NCBI GenBank assembly: GCA_964634125.1
Contig: CAZWIP010000002.1
Span: forward strand, 1 to 54,978
DNA: 54,978 nucleotides
Reading direction: 5' to 3'
Source: an uncultured Dehalococcoidia bacterium
Lineage (GTDB): Bacteria > Chloroflexota > Dehalococcoidia > SZUA-161 > SpSt-899
A program made the translations under genes and the position numbers. Positions 18,721 through 28,516 of the stretch are shown here, one piece after another; the first letter of the stretch is position 1; each line of letters opens with the position of its first letter. Under the pieces are notes generated by a model. That model searched no databases and was not told where the DNA came from. It saw only the letters and a list, made by a program, of their open reading frames with translations.

Positions 18721-20835
18721 TCAGGCCGATACTGGTTCTTTTTCGGTGAACTCCTCAACACTTCCCTCATGTCCGCATTTAGCACATTTGACCATCGCCT
18801 GGCCTTTTGGAACCAAGATGCCACCACATTCAGGGCATGGGACAGAGAGAGGTTTCTCCCAGACTGCGAAATCACAATTTGGATAGCTGCTGCAACCGTA
18901 AAATACACGTTTGCGCTTGGTGCGTCGCTCTACGAGTTTGGATCCGCATTTCGGACAATCAGCTTCGATATGAGTCTGTAATGGCTTAGCATTCTTACAT
19001 GTTGGGAAATCACTACATGATAGGAATCTGCCAAATCGACCACGCTTGATCACCATTGGGTTTCCGCACTGTTCACACACCTGGTCAGTAGGCTCTGGGG
19101 CAGGTTTAACCTTTGGCATATTAGTGGAGGCATTCTCTAATTCTATAGCGAATGTTTCATAGAATGCCTCTAACGTAGGTATCCACTCACGGTTTCCGGA
19201 GGAAATTTCATCTAGTTTCTCTTCTAAACGAGCCGTGAAACTGGTATTGACTATTTCCGGGAAATGATCCGCGAGAAGATCGGTGACGACGAATCCCATC
19301 TCGTTAGGTATGAAGTGAGACTTTTCTTTTTGGACGTAATCCCGGTCTTGAATCGTCGAAAGGATTGGGGCATAGGTACTTGGTCGGCCAATGCCATTTT
19401 CCTCAAGCGCTTTGATCAATGTGGCTTCGGTATAACGTGATGGAGGCTTAGTAAAGTGCTGTTCAGGGATGATCTTCATAAGTTCTAGAGCATCACCCTG
19501 AGCCAATTCAGGGAGGGATGTCTTCTTGTCTTCGTTTTCTTCTTCGTCCTTTCCTTCACGGTAAAGAGTAAGGAATCCAGGGAATGCAAGGGTCGAATTT
19601 GTAGCCCGAAGAAGGTGTTTTTTGGTATTAGCACTAGCTTGAATATCCACCATAATACCATCATACATGGCCGCTGCCATCTGGCTGGCGACCATTCGCT
19701 TCCAAATTAGGTCATACAGTTTAAACTGATCTGATGTTAGATGGGGCCGCATATTGGCAGGTTCTCTCCTCACTGATGTGGGCCGAATGGCTTCATGGGC
19801 CTCTTGTGCCCCTTTCACTTTCTTTTTAAATAGCCGTGGCGATTTGGGAACATAATTGGCTCCGTATGTCTCTTTTATGTAATCTCTTGTTTCATTCAAT
19901 GCCTGAGTGGCCACATGAGTTGAATCTGTACGCATGTAGGTAATCAATCCCTCGGGTTCTTCTTCACCAATGGGAATTCCTTCATAGAGGGCCTGTGCCG
20001 CTGACATCGTACGTTTGGCGCTGAAACGGAGCTTACGCCAGGCTTCCTGCTGCAGAGTACTGGTGATAAATGGTGCTACGGGCTGTCTGAGAGTAGACTT
20101 TTGCTGGATTTTGGATACCACATAATCTGCTTGTTGGAGATCTGCACAGAGCTTATTGGATTCTTCTTCATTTTCGATGGAGAGTTTTTTATCCTTTCCA
20201 ATCCCTATAAGTTCTGCTCGAAAGGACTCCTTGTTTTTCTTGAGTTCGGCTTCAATTGACCAGTATTCCACTGAAACAAAACTTTCGATTGCCCGTTCCC
20301 GTTCAACGACCATTCGCACTGCCACTGATTGCACTCTGCCGGCCGATAGACCTTTCATGACTTTACGCCACAGAATAGGGCTTATTTTATAACCGACCAG
20401 TCTATCAAGTATGCGACGTGCCTGTTGGGCGTCGACCAGTTTCATATTGAGTTTCTTTGGATGACGAAATGCCTCCTCCACAGCTTCTTTGGTGATTTCG
20501 TGGAAGACCACACGTTTGGCAGGTAGATCCTGCAATTTGGCAGCTTGAACAATGTGCCAGGATATGGCTTCTCCCTCTCGGTCCGGGTCAGTGGCGAGAT
20601 ATACAACTGAAGCATCCTTAGCAGCAGCTTTTATCTCATTAATAACTTTTTGTTTGCCTTTGGAAGTAACGTATTTCGGGTCAAACCCTTTTTCCGGATC
20701 GACACCCAGTTCCTTTTCCGGCAGATCACGAACGTGCCCAAGAGTAGCTTTTATTATGTAGTTGTCCTTCAGGATACGTCCGATAGTCCTTGCTTTAGCT
20801 GGTGATTCAACAATTACTAGATTCTTTGACATCAT
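18721..20835 (-). CDS. topA: DNA topoisomerase I
   Basis: TOPRIM N-terminus LVIVESPAKARTI, the active-site Tyr region and C-terminal Cys4 zinc ribbons (CEQCG...CPKCG...CPECG). Confidence 0.9.
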   Translation of the reverse strand: MMSKNLVIVESPAKARTIGRILKDNYIIKATLGHVRDLPEKELGVDPEKGFDPKYVTSKGKQKVINEIKAAAKDASVVYLATDPDREGEAISWHIVQAAKLQDLPAKRVVFHEITKEAVEEAFRHPKKLNMKLVDAQQARRILDRLVGYKISPILWRKVMKGLSAGRVQSVAVRMVVERERAIESFVSVEYWSIEAELKKNKESFRAELIGIGKDKKLSIENEEESNKLCADLQQADYVVSKIQQKSTLRQPVAPFITSTLQQEAWRKLRFSAKRTMSAAQALYEGIPIGEEEPEGLITYMRTDSTHVATQALNETRDYIKETYGANYVPKSPRLFKKKVKGAQEAHEAIRPTSVRREPANMRPHLTSDQFKLYDLIWKRMVASQMAAAMYDGIMVDIQASANTKKHLLRATNSTLAFPGFLTLYREGKDEEENEDKKTSLPELAQGDALELMKIIPEQHFTKPPSRYTEATLIKALEENGIGRPSTYAPILSTIQDRDYVQKEKSHFIPNEMGFVVTDLLADHFPEIVNTSFTARLEEKLDEISSGNREWIPTLEAFYETFAIELENASTNMPKVKPAPEPTDQVCEQCGNPMVIKRGRFGRFLSCSDFPTCKNAKPLQTHIEADCPKCGSKLVERRTKRKRVFYGCSSYPNCDFAVWEKPLSVPCPECGGILVPKGQAMVKCAKCGHEGSVEEFTEKEPVSA

Positions 20836-21920
20836 ATTCCTCGTACTGCAACGTAATTCATGGCGCCCAATTGATTTACCATACCTTTAAGTTCCATCAT
20901 TGTCAAGGCGCTGCTTACAGTGGAAATAGGAAGGGATGAAGAGCGACATAATTCGTCGATATGTACCGGTCCCTCTGATAGATGCTTAATTAGCAGGGAT
21001 TCAATGTCATTCTCGGGAAGAAGCTCGGTTAGTTCCAGTTGTTGGGGAATTGTGCTCAAATTCAGTTCTTCGAGAATATCAGCTACATCAAGTACTGTTT
21101 TTGCACCGTCATGGATCAGGAGGTTGCTACCTTTGCTTGCTGCTGAGAGAATACTGCCAGGTACAGCAAATACCTCACGATCTTGTTCCAATGCCATTCT
21201 AGCGGTGATGAGAGCCCCGCTTTTCTCGGTTGCTTCAATTACCAGAGTTCCCAAGCTCAGACCGCTCATAATGCGGTTGCGCCGGGGAAAGTGTTCTGGT
21301 TTGGGTTTGGTTCCTAGTGGATAATCACTAACAAGTACTCCATGCTCTATGATTTCCTGGGCCAGTCTCTGATTCTCTGCAGGATAGATAATATCCAATC
21401 CGGATGCCAATACCGCTATGGTTTTGCCATCGGTAGCCAGCGCTGTTCTGTGAGCGACCGTATCGATTCCTCGGGCCAGCCCGCTTACGATTGTTACCTT
21501 GTTTCTCACGAGATCGGTCACCAGTCGCTCTGTTACTTCTCGTCCATATGATGTTGCACGCCGTGAGCCGACCACTGCGAGAGACCATTTCTCGTCGGGC
21601 ATGAGCGCTCCGCGAACGTAGAATACTGGTGGGGCGTCATAGATTTCTTTGAGTCTTGCGGGATATGAGGGATCATCTTGAATGAGAGCTTTGACCTTAT
21701 ATCGATCGAGTTTTTCCATCTCGGAATCGAGGTCTATAGTAGGTCGCCGATTCACGATGGCTTGAACCGACTTGGGTTCAAGTCCAGCAGCTTTGAGTTC
21801 AGATGCATCAGCGTCCCAGGCCTCGTGCAAATCACCGAAATACTCGAGGAGTCGGCCGAACTTGGCTCGGCCTATGCCCGGAATAACATTAAATCCAACC
21901 CAATACTTAATCTTGGACAT
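20832..21920 (-). CDS. dprA: DNA processing protein DprA (Smf)
   Basis: Rossmann-like DprA core GLARGIDTVAHRTAL with a C-terminal winged-helix extension. Its stop overlaps the topA start by 4 nt. Confidence 0.85.
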   Translation of the reverse strand: MSKIKYWVGFNVIPGIGRAKFGRLLEYFGDLHEAWDADASELKAAGLEPKSVQAIVNRRPTIDLDSEMEKLDRYKVKALIQDDPSYPARLKEIYDAPPVFYVRGALMPDEKWSLAVVGSRRATSYGREVTERLVTDLVRNKVTIVSGLARGIDTVAHRTALATDGKTIAVLASGLDIIYPAENQRLAQEIIEHGVLVSDYPLGTKPKPEHFPRRNRIMSGLSLGTLVIEATEKSGALITARMALEQDREVFAVPGSILSAASKGSNLLIHDGAKTVLDVADILEELNLSTIPQQLELTELLPENDIESLLIKHLSEGPVHIDELCRSSSLPISTVSSALTMMELKGMVNQLGAMNYVAVRGI

Positions 21921-21973
21921 TGTCGTTCTATCGGGAAAACCAGGTACGGAAGGGGAGTGTGACTACGTGGAGG

Positions 21974-22729
21974 TCAATCTTCGTTGGCTTTTGCAAGGGC
22001 CGTTTTCAATTTCTTGAAGAACTGAGCAAGCTGATCTGTATCCATTGCTGCCATTTCAGGCGTTAATGCTAAAATTAGTGGCAATTGGTTTGGCGGGCCT
22101 GTTTGAATTTGGATTTGTCCCGGTTCCTGCTTCCGGCCGCCATTCAGGCTTCTAGCTGATCCGTTTGACGTCTTTCCATTGCCGTTAAATCCAAGATCAA
22201 TTTCAGCGAGCTGGCAGAGCTGTATAAAGAAACGAGTTGTTTTGGCGGCCATCTCGGCACCAAGGTAATGCTCGGTAACAAAGTGGTTATAGACGTCTTC
22301 ATGAGAGTATTTACTACCATTGAATCGATGAAAAAGATCTTTATAGGCGGTTCGAATTATGTCCTGCAGTGCGGTTGTAAAAGGAGCTCCCTTTGTCTTA
22401 AGAAGACGGCTCTTGTCTGTTGGTTTTCCATCCTCATCTATGATTCCTAAAAATCTGAGTGCTCCAATGACTTTGTATTCATTTCCAGGAGCTATTTTGT
22501 TCAGACGAAGGAAATTACCGTCAACTTTAGCAGGGGTGCTTTTACGCATCAGCTGCAATGCTTGCATCATACCTTTTGTGGGCCCATAGGGTAGAGTTAG
22601 TCCCTGATCTCCGTTTTTCGATGATTCTGACACGCGTTTTCTCTCCAGTCCGTACTCGCAGTAGTCCGTGTAGCCGAAAGTATAGCATTGCAATTTTGGA
22701 CTGTCAACCAGTCCTGCGGTCAATTGCAC
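21974..22729 (-). CDS. Hypothetical protein (DUF5343-like by recollection)
   Basis: The segment LPYGPTKGMMQALQLMRKSTPAKVDGNFL...IGALRFLGIIDEDGKPTDK resembles the DUF5343 family pattern. The start codon is uncertain and no catalytic motif is seen. Confidence 0.35.
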   Translation of the reverse strand: MQLTAGLVDSPKLQCYTFGYTDYCEYGLERKRVSESSKNGDQGLTLPYGPTKGMMQALQLMRKSTPAKVDGNFLRLNKIAPGNEYKVIGALRFLGIIDEDGKPTDKSRLLKTKGAPFTTALQDIIRTAYKDLFHRFNGSKYSHEDVYNHFVTEHYLGAEMAAKTTRFFIQLCQLAEIDLGFNGNGKTSNGSARSLNGGRKQEPGQIQIQTGPPNQLPLILALTPEMAAMDTDQLAQFFKKLKTALAKANED

Positions 22730-22903
22730 AGTGCGGACTGCCGTTGAGGTCGGTATATCACGTATAAAATTATTGTGAACCTTCTGATACAGTCCCTGTG
22801 GAATAGTGCAGATTTAGTCCGGTGCGGAGATGGTGACTCGTGACAAGGATGCCAGTATTTACTTCACGGACTGCCACTTAGGAGTGTTATGTGAAGAGGG
22901 TTA

Positions 22904-24022
22904 TCAGTTAATGATGTCGAGGGCCATAGTAGATACTAGCCTTGCTATAGCTGGTGAAGCGGTTAGTCCAGGGGATTCGATACCGACCAAATTGATCAGG
23001 CCACAAAGGCCTGCCTGATTTTCATGTTCGATGACAAAATCACGAAACACATCATCCTGAGCCTGCAATTTGGGTCGAATGCCTGCGAAATCGGGCTGAA
23101 GGTCGTTTAAATCGATAAATGGTAGCAAACGCTTGGCTGATTCAAAAAACGCTTCCCTTTGGGTCTTGTCGACTTTATAGTCGATTGTATCAACATAAGT
23201 AGCATTGGGGCCAAGACGCATCATTCCGTCTAACGACAGGACCACATGAACTCCCAGGCTCGCTTGCTCTGGCGTAGGATAGACCAGCCTGTTGACACTG
23301 CCCCGATGTTTTGCGCTCAGGCTGAAGTACTCACCTTTACAATAATGGATTCGATACTCTTTATTCTCGATCCCGGCCAGGCAGGCGATTCTATCGGAAT
23401 TCAGCCCGGCACAATTTATCACTACCTGCGCAAAGAGTTCAGATATCCCTTCCCAGTCACGGATGCTGACTTTCCATCCATCACTTGACGTATCCAACTC
23501 TACTACCTCAGCCTCAAAAAGGAATTCCGCACCATTTTCAACAGCTTTTTTGTAAAAGAACGCCATCAGTGAATGGGTATCGATGATCCCGGTAGAAGGA
23601 GATAGAATCCCTGCTCTTCCTTCTACATTAGGTTCCAGTTTTTTGATATCAGCTTGTGATAAAAGCTCAAGATCATCTACACCGTTCTTTGCTGCTTGTT
23701 CATAAATATTTTCCAACTTCGGGATTTGTTCCTCTTTCGTCGCTATAACAGCTTTACCCAATCTCCTGTGAGGAATGTCGTGTTCTGCACAAAGCTCATA
23801 GAGCAATCGATTTCCTTCAACGCAAAGCTTTGCTTTAAGTGAATCTTCCGGATAATAAATACCTGCATGGATAACCTCGCTGTTTCGGCTACTGGTCTCT
23901 TGCCCGAAAGTGCTGTTCCGTTCAAAGACAAAGACGCTTCTGCCTTGTTCTGCAACTTTGGCTGCTATGGCCAGGCCTACGACCCCGGCACCAATAATCG
24001 CTACGTCAACTTCAATCGCCAT
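22904..24022 (-). CDS. FAD-dependent oxidoreductase, L-2-hydroxyglutarate oxidase (LhgO)-like
   Basis: Start taken at MAIEVDVAIIGAGVVGLA (dinucleotide fold). SRNSEVIHAGIYYPEDSLKAKLC closely parallels E. coli LhgO SGVIHAGVYYTPGSLKAQFC. Confidence 0.65.
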   Translation of the reverse strand: MAIEVDVAIIGAGVVGLAIAAKVAEQGRSVFVFERNSTFGQETSSRNSEVIHAGIYYPEDSLKAKLCVEGNRLLYELCAEHDIPHRRLGKAVIATKEEQIPKLENIYEQAAKNGVDDLELLSQADIKKLEPNVEGRAGILSPSTGIIDTHSLMAFFYKKAVENGAEFLFEAEVVELDTSSDGWKVSIRDWEGISELFAQVVINCAGLNSDRIACLAGIENKEYRIHYCKGEYFSLSAKHRGSVNRLVYPTPEQASLGVHVVLSLDGMMRLGPNATYVDTIDYKVDKTQREAFFESAKRLLPFIDLNDLQPDFAGIRPKLQAQDDVFRDFVIEHENQAGLCGLINLVGIESPGLTASPAIARLVSTMALDIIN

Positions 24023-24105
24023 ATTTATCTCATTGCCATTATATAACAAAACGGGCCCCGGTTTCCCAGGACCCGTCCAGATTAAATTCACTTGTAAATA
24101 GTCTG

Positions 24106-25698
24106 CTAACCGTTGAGAATCTTCAGGGCCTCATCACGAGAGTGCTCCATGAGATACGGAATACCCGTAACCTTGGCGCATTCATCAGTCAGGGACATCA
24201 GATCCTTTCTGGCAATCGCAGGCAGGCTGAAACAGCGGGCGCCGGCCATTAGCTGCTGCAGGCCAACAGTCAGTTTCTGAGCATAACTGTACATGCCAAT
24301 AGCACCCAGCGGGATATTATTGATTTCGCTGGAACCAACTAAATCTTTTACATCTTCGTAGTTGACGAAGATTTCTTCGACTGTCGAACCGAACCGACCA
24401 ACAGTGTTCGGCAGCTTGCCGTCTTTCATCCACTGATCGATGTTCTTGCCGACCATGCCCGGAATCATCATCGCCCGGCCCATGCAAACGGCTTTGACAT
24501 ACGGAGCACCAAGCGCGAGTGCTTTAAAGATGCCGTCTTCACTGCTGAATCCGCCTGCAAAAGCAAGGTCGGGTACGCGTTCGCCCTTGTCATCCATTAT
24601 CTTGGCGAATTCATAGGAAGCTGCATGCAAATATATACTGGGCATACCCCATTCTTCCATCATGCGCCACGGACTCATGCCGGTTCCGCCGGGAGCGCCA
24701 TCGATGGTTAGAAGGTCAATTTTGGCCTTTGAGCACCACTTGATGGCCATAGCCAGCTCACGCAGGCCGTAGGCTCCGGTTTTAAGGGTAACGCGTTTGA
24801 AGCCAAGGTCACGCAGACGCTGGACTTCGGCATAGAAGCCTTCCTCATCAATGAAGCCAAGTCGGCTGTGACGCTCGAATTCCTTGATAGCCCCACTCTT
24901 GTAGGCTGCCTGGTTGATCGGGGCGGAAGGGTCAGGTGTTACGATATATCCGCGCTTCTGAAGCTCCTGGGCACGTTCAAGGCTGTTTACTTTGATTTCG
25001 CCACCGATACACTTGGCGCCTTGTCCCCACTTGAGCTCAATGGTGTCAAGTCCATGTTTCTTGGAAACGTATTCAGCTACACCCAGTCGAGTATCCTCGA
25101 CGTTCATCTGGACGAGGATTTCACCATAACCTTGGTGATAGCGTCGATACTGCTCGATTCTACGATCCATATCCGGGGCAAGGGTAATTTTGCCATTAGA
25201 ATCCAGTTCAAGCTGAGGATCAATGCCGCATACGTTTTCACCGCACACACAGGTGATACCGGATATGGCTGCACCCACAGCGAAATGGTCCCAGTTTTTA
25301 CGAGCAATTTCAGTTGAACCTAATGCACCGGTGAAGACCGGGGTCTTCATCTTAACTTTGATGTCCCAGCCATAATCCGTTTCTGTATTCACCGAAGGGA
25401 AAGTGGCAGTATCCGGATCACCGGTAACTCCGGCAGGCATCCCCTCGGCACCTAGGGCATATCCCTGAATATTGAGATGGGAGTAATCGATGGGATAATC
25501 CTTGTCTCCACCGGCAGTAATATCGCCAAATGGACCCGGATAGATCAGTTCCCTGCCACGAAATGTTGCCTTGAACACCTCGCAGTTTCCGGTACACCCA
25601 TCAATGCAACGGGTGCAGAGTCCACTCATAGGCACAACGCTCTTGGAGCGATTAGCAGTCCTGGTGGCATCGTTTGAATTTGGTCTTTGAAGATTCAC
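24106..25698 (-). CDS. Glutamate synthase-family FMN/Fe-S protein (GltB domain-2-like, stand-alone)
   Basis: 530 aa with an N-terminal Cys cluster CTRCIDGCTGNCEV. A TIM-barrel region carries IDGAPGGTGMSP and GGFSSEDG, typical of the Glu_synthase FMN domain. Confidence 0.7.
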   Translation of the reverse strand: MNLQRPNSNDATRTANRSKSVVPMSGLCTRCIDGCTGNCEVFKATFRGRELIYPGPFGDITAGGDKDYPIDYSHLNIQGYALGAEGMPAGVTGDPDTATFPSVNTETDYGWDIKVKMKTPVFTGALGSTEIARKNWDHFAVGAAISGITCVCGENVCGIDPQLELDSNGKITLAPDMDRRIEQYRRYHQGYGEILVQMNVEDTRLGVAEYVSKKHGLDTIELKWGQGAKCIGGEIKVNSLERAQELQKRGYIVTPDPSAPINQAAYKSGAIKEFERHSRLGFIDEEGFYAEVQRLRDLGFKRVTLKTGAYGLRELAMAIKWCSKAKIDLLTIDGAPGGTGMSPWRMMEEWGMPSIYLHAASYEFAKIMDDKGERVPDLAFAGGFSSEDGIFKALALGAPYVKAVCMGRAMMIPGMVGKNIDQWMKDGKLPNTVGRFGSTVEEIFVNYEDVKDLVGSSEINNIPLGAIGMYSYAQKLTVGLQQLMAGARCFSLPAIARKDLMSLTDECAKVTGIPYLMEHSRDEALKILNG

Positions 25699-25716
25699 TC
25701 TTCCTCCCCCTTTAAA

Positions 25717-26727
25717 TTATTTTTCTTTGTTTAGCAGGTCCTCGAATTTAATGAGGTCCTGATATTCAACAGTTGTGCTCATGGCCTGATTCTCAGCTTC
25801 AATGCCTGCTTCTTCAGCAGCAGCAATAGGGTTCATACCCCCAATCAGGATCATTCCTATCTTATTCAATTCCACCGGAATCTCGCAAACAGACTCGCTG
25901 GTGCTACCCATCAAAGCGATTGTTCCAAGGCCAGCCTGATTCATTCCCGAGACGGCCTCTTCAACGATAGGCCGGCAAATAGCAGGGATTTCACGGAAAT
26001 TGGCCAGTATCTTTCCATTTCCTTCACGGGAGGCTTTGCGCACCGATGTCATCTTTCCCCTTATAAAGACCTCAGACGGATCAAGTGACGATCCTGAGTA
26101 ATGTATGAGTTCGACAAACCGGCGGGGCTGCTTGTTTCTAATTTGCAGGATGCCCCCAAAGCGCGAATCCATGGGTACACCGGCTTTGAGCAATACTCCG
26201 TTCATTAGAACACTGCAGACTGTAGCTAAAGCGATCTTACCCTCCGGGATAACCATGTCTCCGATTTTATCTCCTTCATTGACTACCGCTACACGATCCC
26301 CTGCACAAAGGCCTGCTTTGAAAACCGGCGCCATGGCAGTTAGAGCCTTGCTGAATTTCTCTTGCGGAAAGAAGGAGATATTTACCGGTATCGATCCTGT
26401 ACGGACTTTCCAATCAAAGTTCGTCTGGAAAGCCTGCATCTCGATTTTGGAAAGTACCAGCCCAACCTTATCCTGAACCAGGGCGTTTTTGAGTTCCTCA
26501 ACACCCTGTTCAGTAATGATTCTACCGTCTCGACCAACCAGTTCAGTGAGCCCACGCTCATCCATAAGTTTTAAATGGTATCTAACCGCTCTCTCAGTGA
26601 GATCGATTCCATGATCCTGCAAACGACGAGCGATTATTCGAGCTCCAACAGGGTCCTGAGATTCATGCACAATTCTCAGAATAAGGAGCACTTTTCTCTC
26701 TACTTCCTGCGATTCGGTTCCAATCAT
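25717..26727 (-). CDS. NrpR-like nitrogen regulator (winged helix + one DUF128/NRD domain)
   Basis: The N-terminus ERKVLLILRIVHESQDPVGARIIARRLQDHGIDLTERAVRYHLKLMDERGLTELVGRDGRIITEQG matches the archaeal NrpR pattern. At 336 aa it equals an HTH plus a single NRD. Confidence 0.7.
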   Translation of the reverse strand: MIGTESQEVERKVLLILRIVHESQDPVGARIIARRLQDHGIDLTERAVRYHLKLMDERGLTELVGRDGRIITEQGVEELKNALVQDKVGLVLSKIEMQAFQTNFDWKVRTGSIPVNISFFPQEKFSKALTAMAPVFKAGLCAGDRVAVVNEGDKIGDMVIPEGKIALATVCSVLMNGVLLKAGVPMDSRFGGILQIRNKQPRRFVELIHYSGSSLDPSEVFIRGKMTSVRKASREGNGKILANFREIPAICRPIVEEAVSGMNQAGLGTIALMGSTSESVCEIPVELNKIGMILIGGMNPIAAAEEAGIEAENQAMSTTVEYQDLIKFEDLLNKEK

Positions 26728-26756
26728 AATTCACTCACCGCTCGTTGAATAAGGTC

Positions 26757-26773
26757 GTAGGTAACTGTTTACC
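26757..26773 (-). promoter_or_regulatory. 17-nt box A, copy 1 (palindromic core GGTAA-N4-TTACC); candidate operator
   Basis: The minus strand reads GGTAAACAGTTACCTAC, identical to the box at 40631-40647. It lies 18 nt downstream of the -10 of the nrpR promoter, and a half-copy (GGTAACAGTT) lies between the two. Confidence 0.6.
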
Positions 26774-26791
26774 GTCCTCCAACTGTTACCC

Positions 26792-26820
26792 ATGATACGC
26801 AACAGAAAAAGGTTTGTCAA
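26792..26820 (-). promoter_or_regulatory. Sigma70-like promoter of the nrpR operon
   Basis: The minus strand reads TTGACA-17 nt-TATCAT. Confidence 0.6.
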
Positions 26821-26938
26821 GAGGGAATTTATTCTAGGTATACATTTTGCGGTTATGGACTTAACGGCCTGCGTGGAAACTTGTAGCAATCTGAACAAAG
26901 TCCGCAACAATGAAGCGGGTGATGAATGACCCTCAATT

Positions 26939-27913
26939 TCAATTTACTTCCTGCATACTCGACTGCAGGAAAGTCGCCAGATTAACGTCCTGATTGGTAA
27001 TATTGAGTTTTCGTCGAATCTTTTCCCGATGGCGATTGATAGTGGCCGCGGATACGCCCCGGGCCTCTGCGATTTCTTTGGTCTGCGTTCCGTTACGAAT
27101 CATATTGCAGATTGCGATTTCTGTTGGAGTCAATGACTGAAAGGAACGGGACAATTGGTTGATGAATGGTGAGGTGATTTCTTCGAGATTAGTCTGGAGT
27201 ATTTCCCCATATTTTTTCTGGGATGGTGATAATTGCAGAGTCAAGGCTTGAAGGATCGGCATAAGGACTTTTTCAACGTTCATATTGATATCCCGGTAGA
27301 TTTCCTGTTTCTCCTGTTCAATTCGGGCCATGACTATTCGCAGTGCTGTGTTCGATTCCTGTATGGCCTCGCGCTCCAGCGTCAATTGACGGTTAGTCTC
27401 CTGCAACTCCAGGTCTGATGATATTCGGGTGGTGATGGTGCCGATCTGTTCGGCTACCGCATCCAGTAGAGCTCGCTCCTCTGCCAGAAAAGGCCCTTCC
27501 TCTGCCGGAGGACATTCTTCCAGGTAAAAAATTCCAACCTCACCCACTGCCTCGTGATACATGTAAATCCGTGACGACTGTCTCCAGTTAGTCACCTCAA
27601 ATCTCTTACTGGTGTATGTTTTTCCCTTATGAATGATTCGGGCGCAGGTAATCTCGGGATATTGCCATGAATGGGGCAAAAAGTTGACAATCTCCTTCAA
27701 AAGATTATCCAGAGAATAGAGATTGCGATCAGCCAACTGGGAAACCCCGTAAAGGCAGTTTAATTCTTTGATACGCTCTCGCAGAGCGTATTCCATTTTG
27801 TCGGGCTCAATTTCGGTAGGAAACGGGATTCGCCACAAAAGAGCCAGTTCTTTCGAGGGGAATGGCAACGCGTGACTTTCGGTTTGAGCCGGAATGTTTT
27901 CTATATTCTCCAT
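26939..27913 (-). CDS. LuxR/GerE-family transcriptional regulator with uncharacterised N-terminal sensor region
   Basis: C-terminal HTH LTPTEIAICNMIRNGTQTKEIAEARGVSAATINRHREKIRRKLNI. Start taken at MENIENIP (ATG at 27913, preceded by GAGGAAGGA). Confidence 0.75.
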   Translation of the reverse strand: MENIENIPAQTESHALPFPSKELALLWRIPFPTEIEPDKMEYALRERIKELNCLYGVSQLADRNLYSLDNLLKEIVNFLPHSWQYPEITCARIIHKGKTYTSKRFEVTNWRQSSRIYMYHEAVGEVGIFYLEECPPAEEGPFLAEERALLDAVAEQIGTITTRISSDLELQETNRQLTLEREAIQESNTALRIVMARIEQEKQEIYRDINMNVEKVLMPILQALTLQLSPSQKKYGEILQTNLEEITSPFINQLSRSFQSLTPTEIAICNMIRNGTQTKEIAEARGVSAATINRHREKIRRKLNITNQDVNLATFLQSSMQEVN

Positions 27914-27929
27914 TGAATCCTTCCTCATT

Positions 27930-27952
27930 AATGCCTATTTATTATAGGCATT
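27930..27952. promoter_or_regulatory. Perfect 9-bp inverted repeat in the luxR / nuoE-like divergent intergenic region; candidate operator
   Basis: AATGCCTAT-ttatt-ATAGGCATT, 17 nt upstream of the preferred luxR start. Confidence 0.4.
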
Positions 27953-28041
27953 ATCAGTGCATTTATTCCGTATTTACCGCAATAATTCTATCAAGTATTC
28001 TAAAAGACATCAAGCGGAAGTCCGTATCTAAGGAGGTCAAT

Positions 28042-28515
28042 ATGCCACTCTTGGCACTCGATCAAATTCTGGAAGGCCGTCGAAGTCAACCGGATCAACT
28101 CATTGAGGTGCTTCAGGATATTCAGGAAAGCGATGGATATGTTTCAGAGGAGTCTATGAAAGCCGTATCTCAGGGTCTCGGAGTGCCGATTATTGAAGTC
28201 TACCGTGCGGCTTCTTTTTACAAGGCTTTTCGGCTCAAACCAGCCGGGAAGAATGTAATTACCATGTGTATGGGTACAGCGTGCCATGTCCGGGGCGCTC
28301 GTCTTCTTCTTGACCAGGCCACCGGGCAACTGGAAGTTGAACCCGGTGATGTAACTCCGGATGGACTCTTCTCCGTTGAACATGTCAATTGCCTGGGAGC
28401 TTGCGCCCTGGGACCGATTGTTACGGAAAACGAATCCAGCCATCACCACATGACGCCCGGAAAGCTTCGCAAACTTATTAATAAACTTAGTGAAAAGCAA
28501 CCGGAGGAGAAATAA
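28042..28515 (+). CDS. NuoE/HoxE-like [2Fe-2S] thioredoxin-fold subunit
   Basis: ATG at 28042 lies after AAGGAGG. Carries the Cys pattern MGTACHVRGA...NCLGACALGP typical of NuoE/HydC. Confidence 0.8.
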   Translation: MPLLALDQILEGRRSQPDQLIEVLQDIQESDGYVSEESMKAVSQGLGVPIIEVYRAASFYKAFRLKPAGKNVITMCMGTACHVRGARLLLDQATGQLEVEPGDVTPDGLFSVEHVNCLGACALGPIVTENESSHHHMTPGKLRKLINKLSEKQPEEK

Positions 28516-28516
28516 G

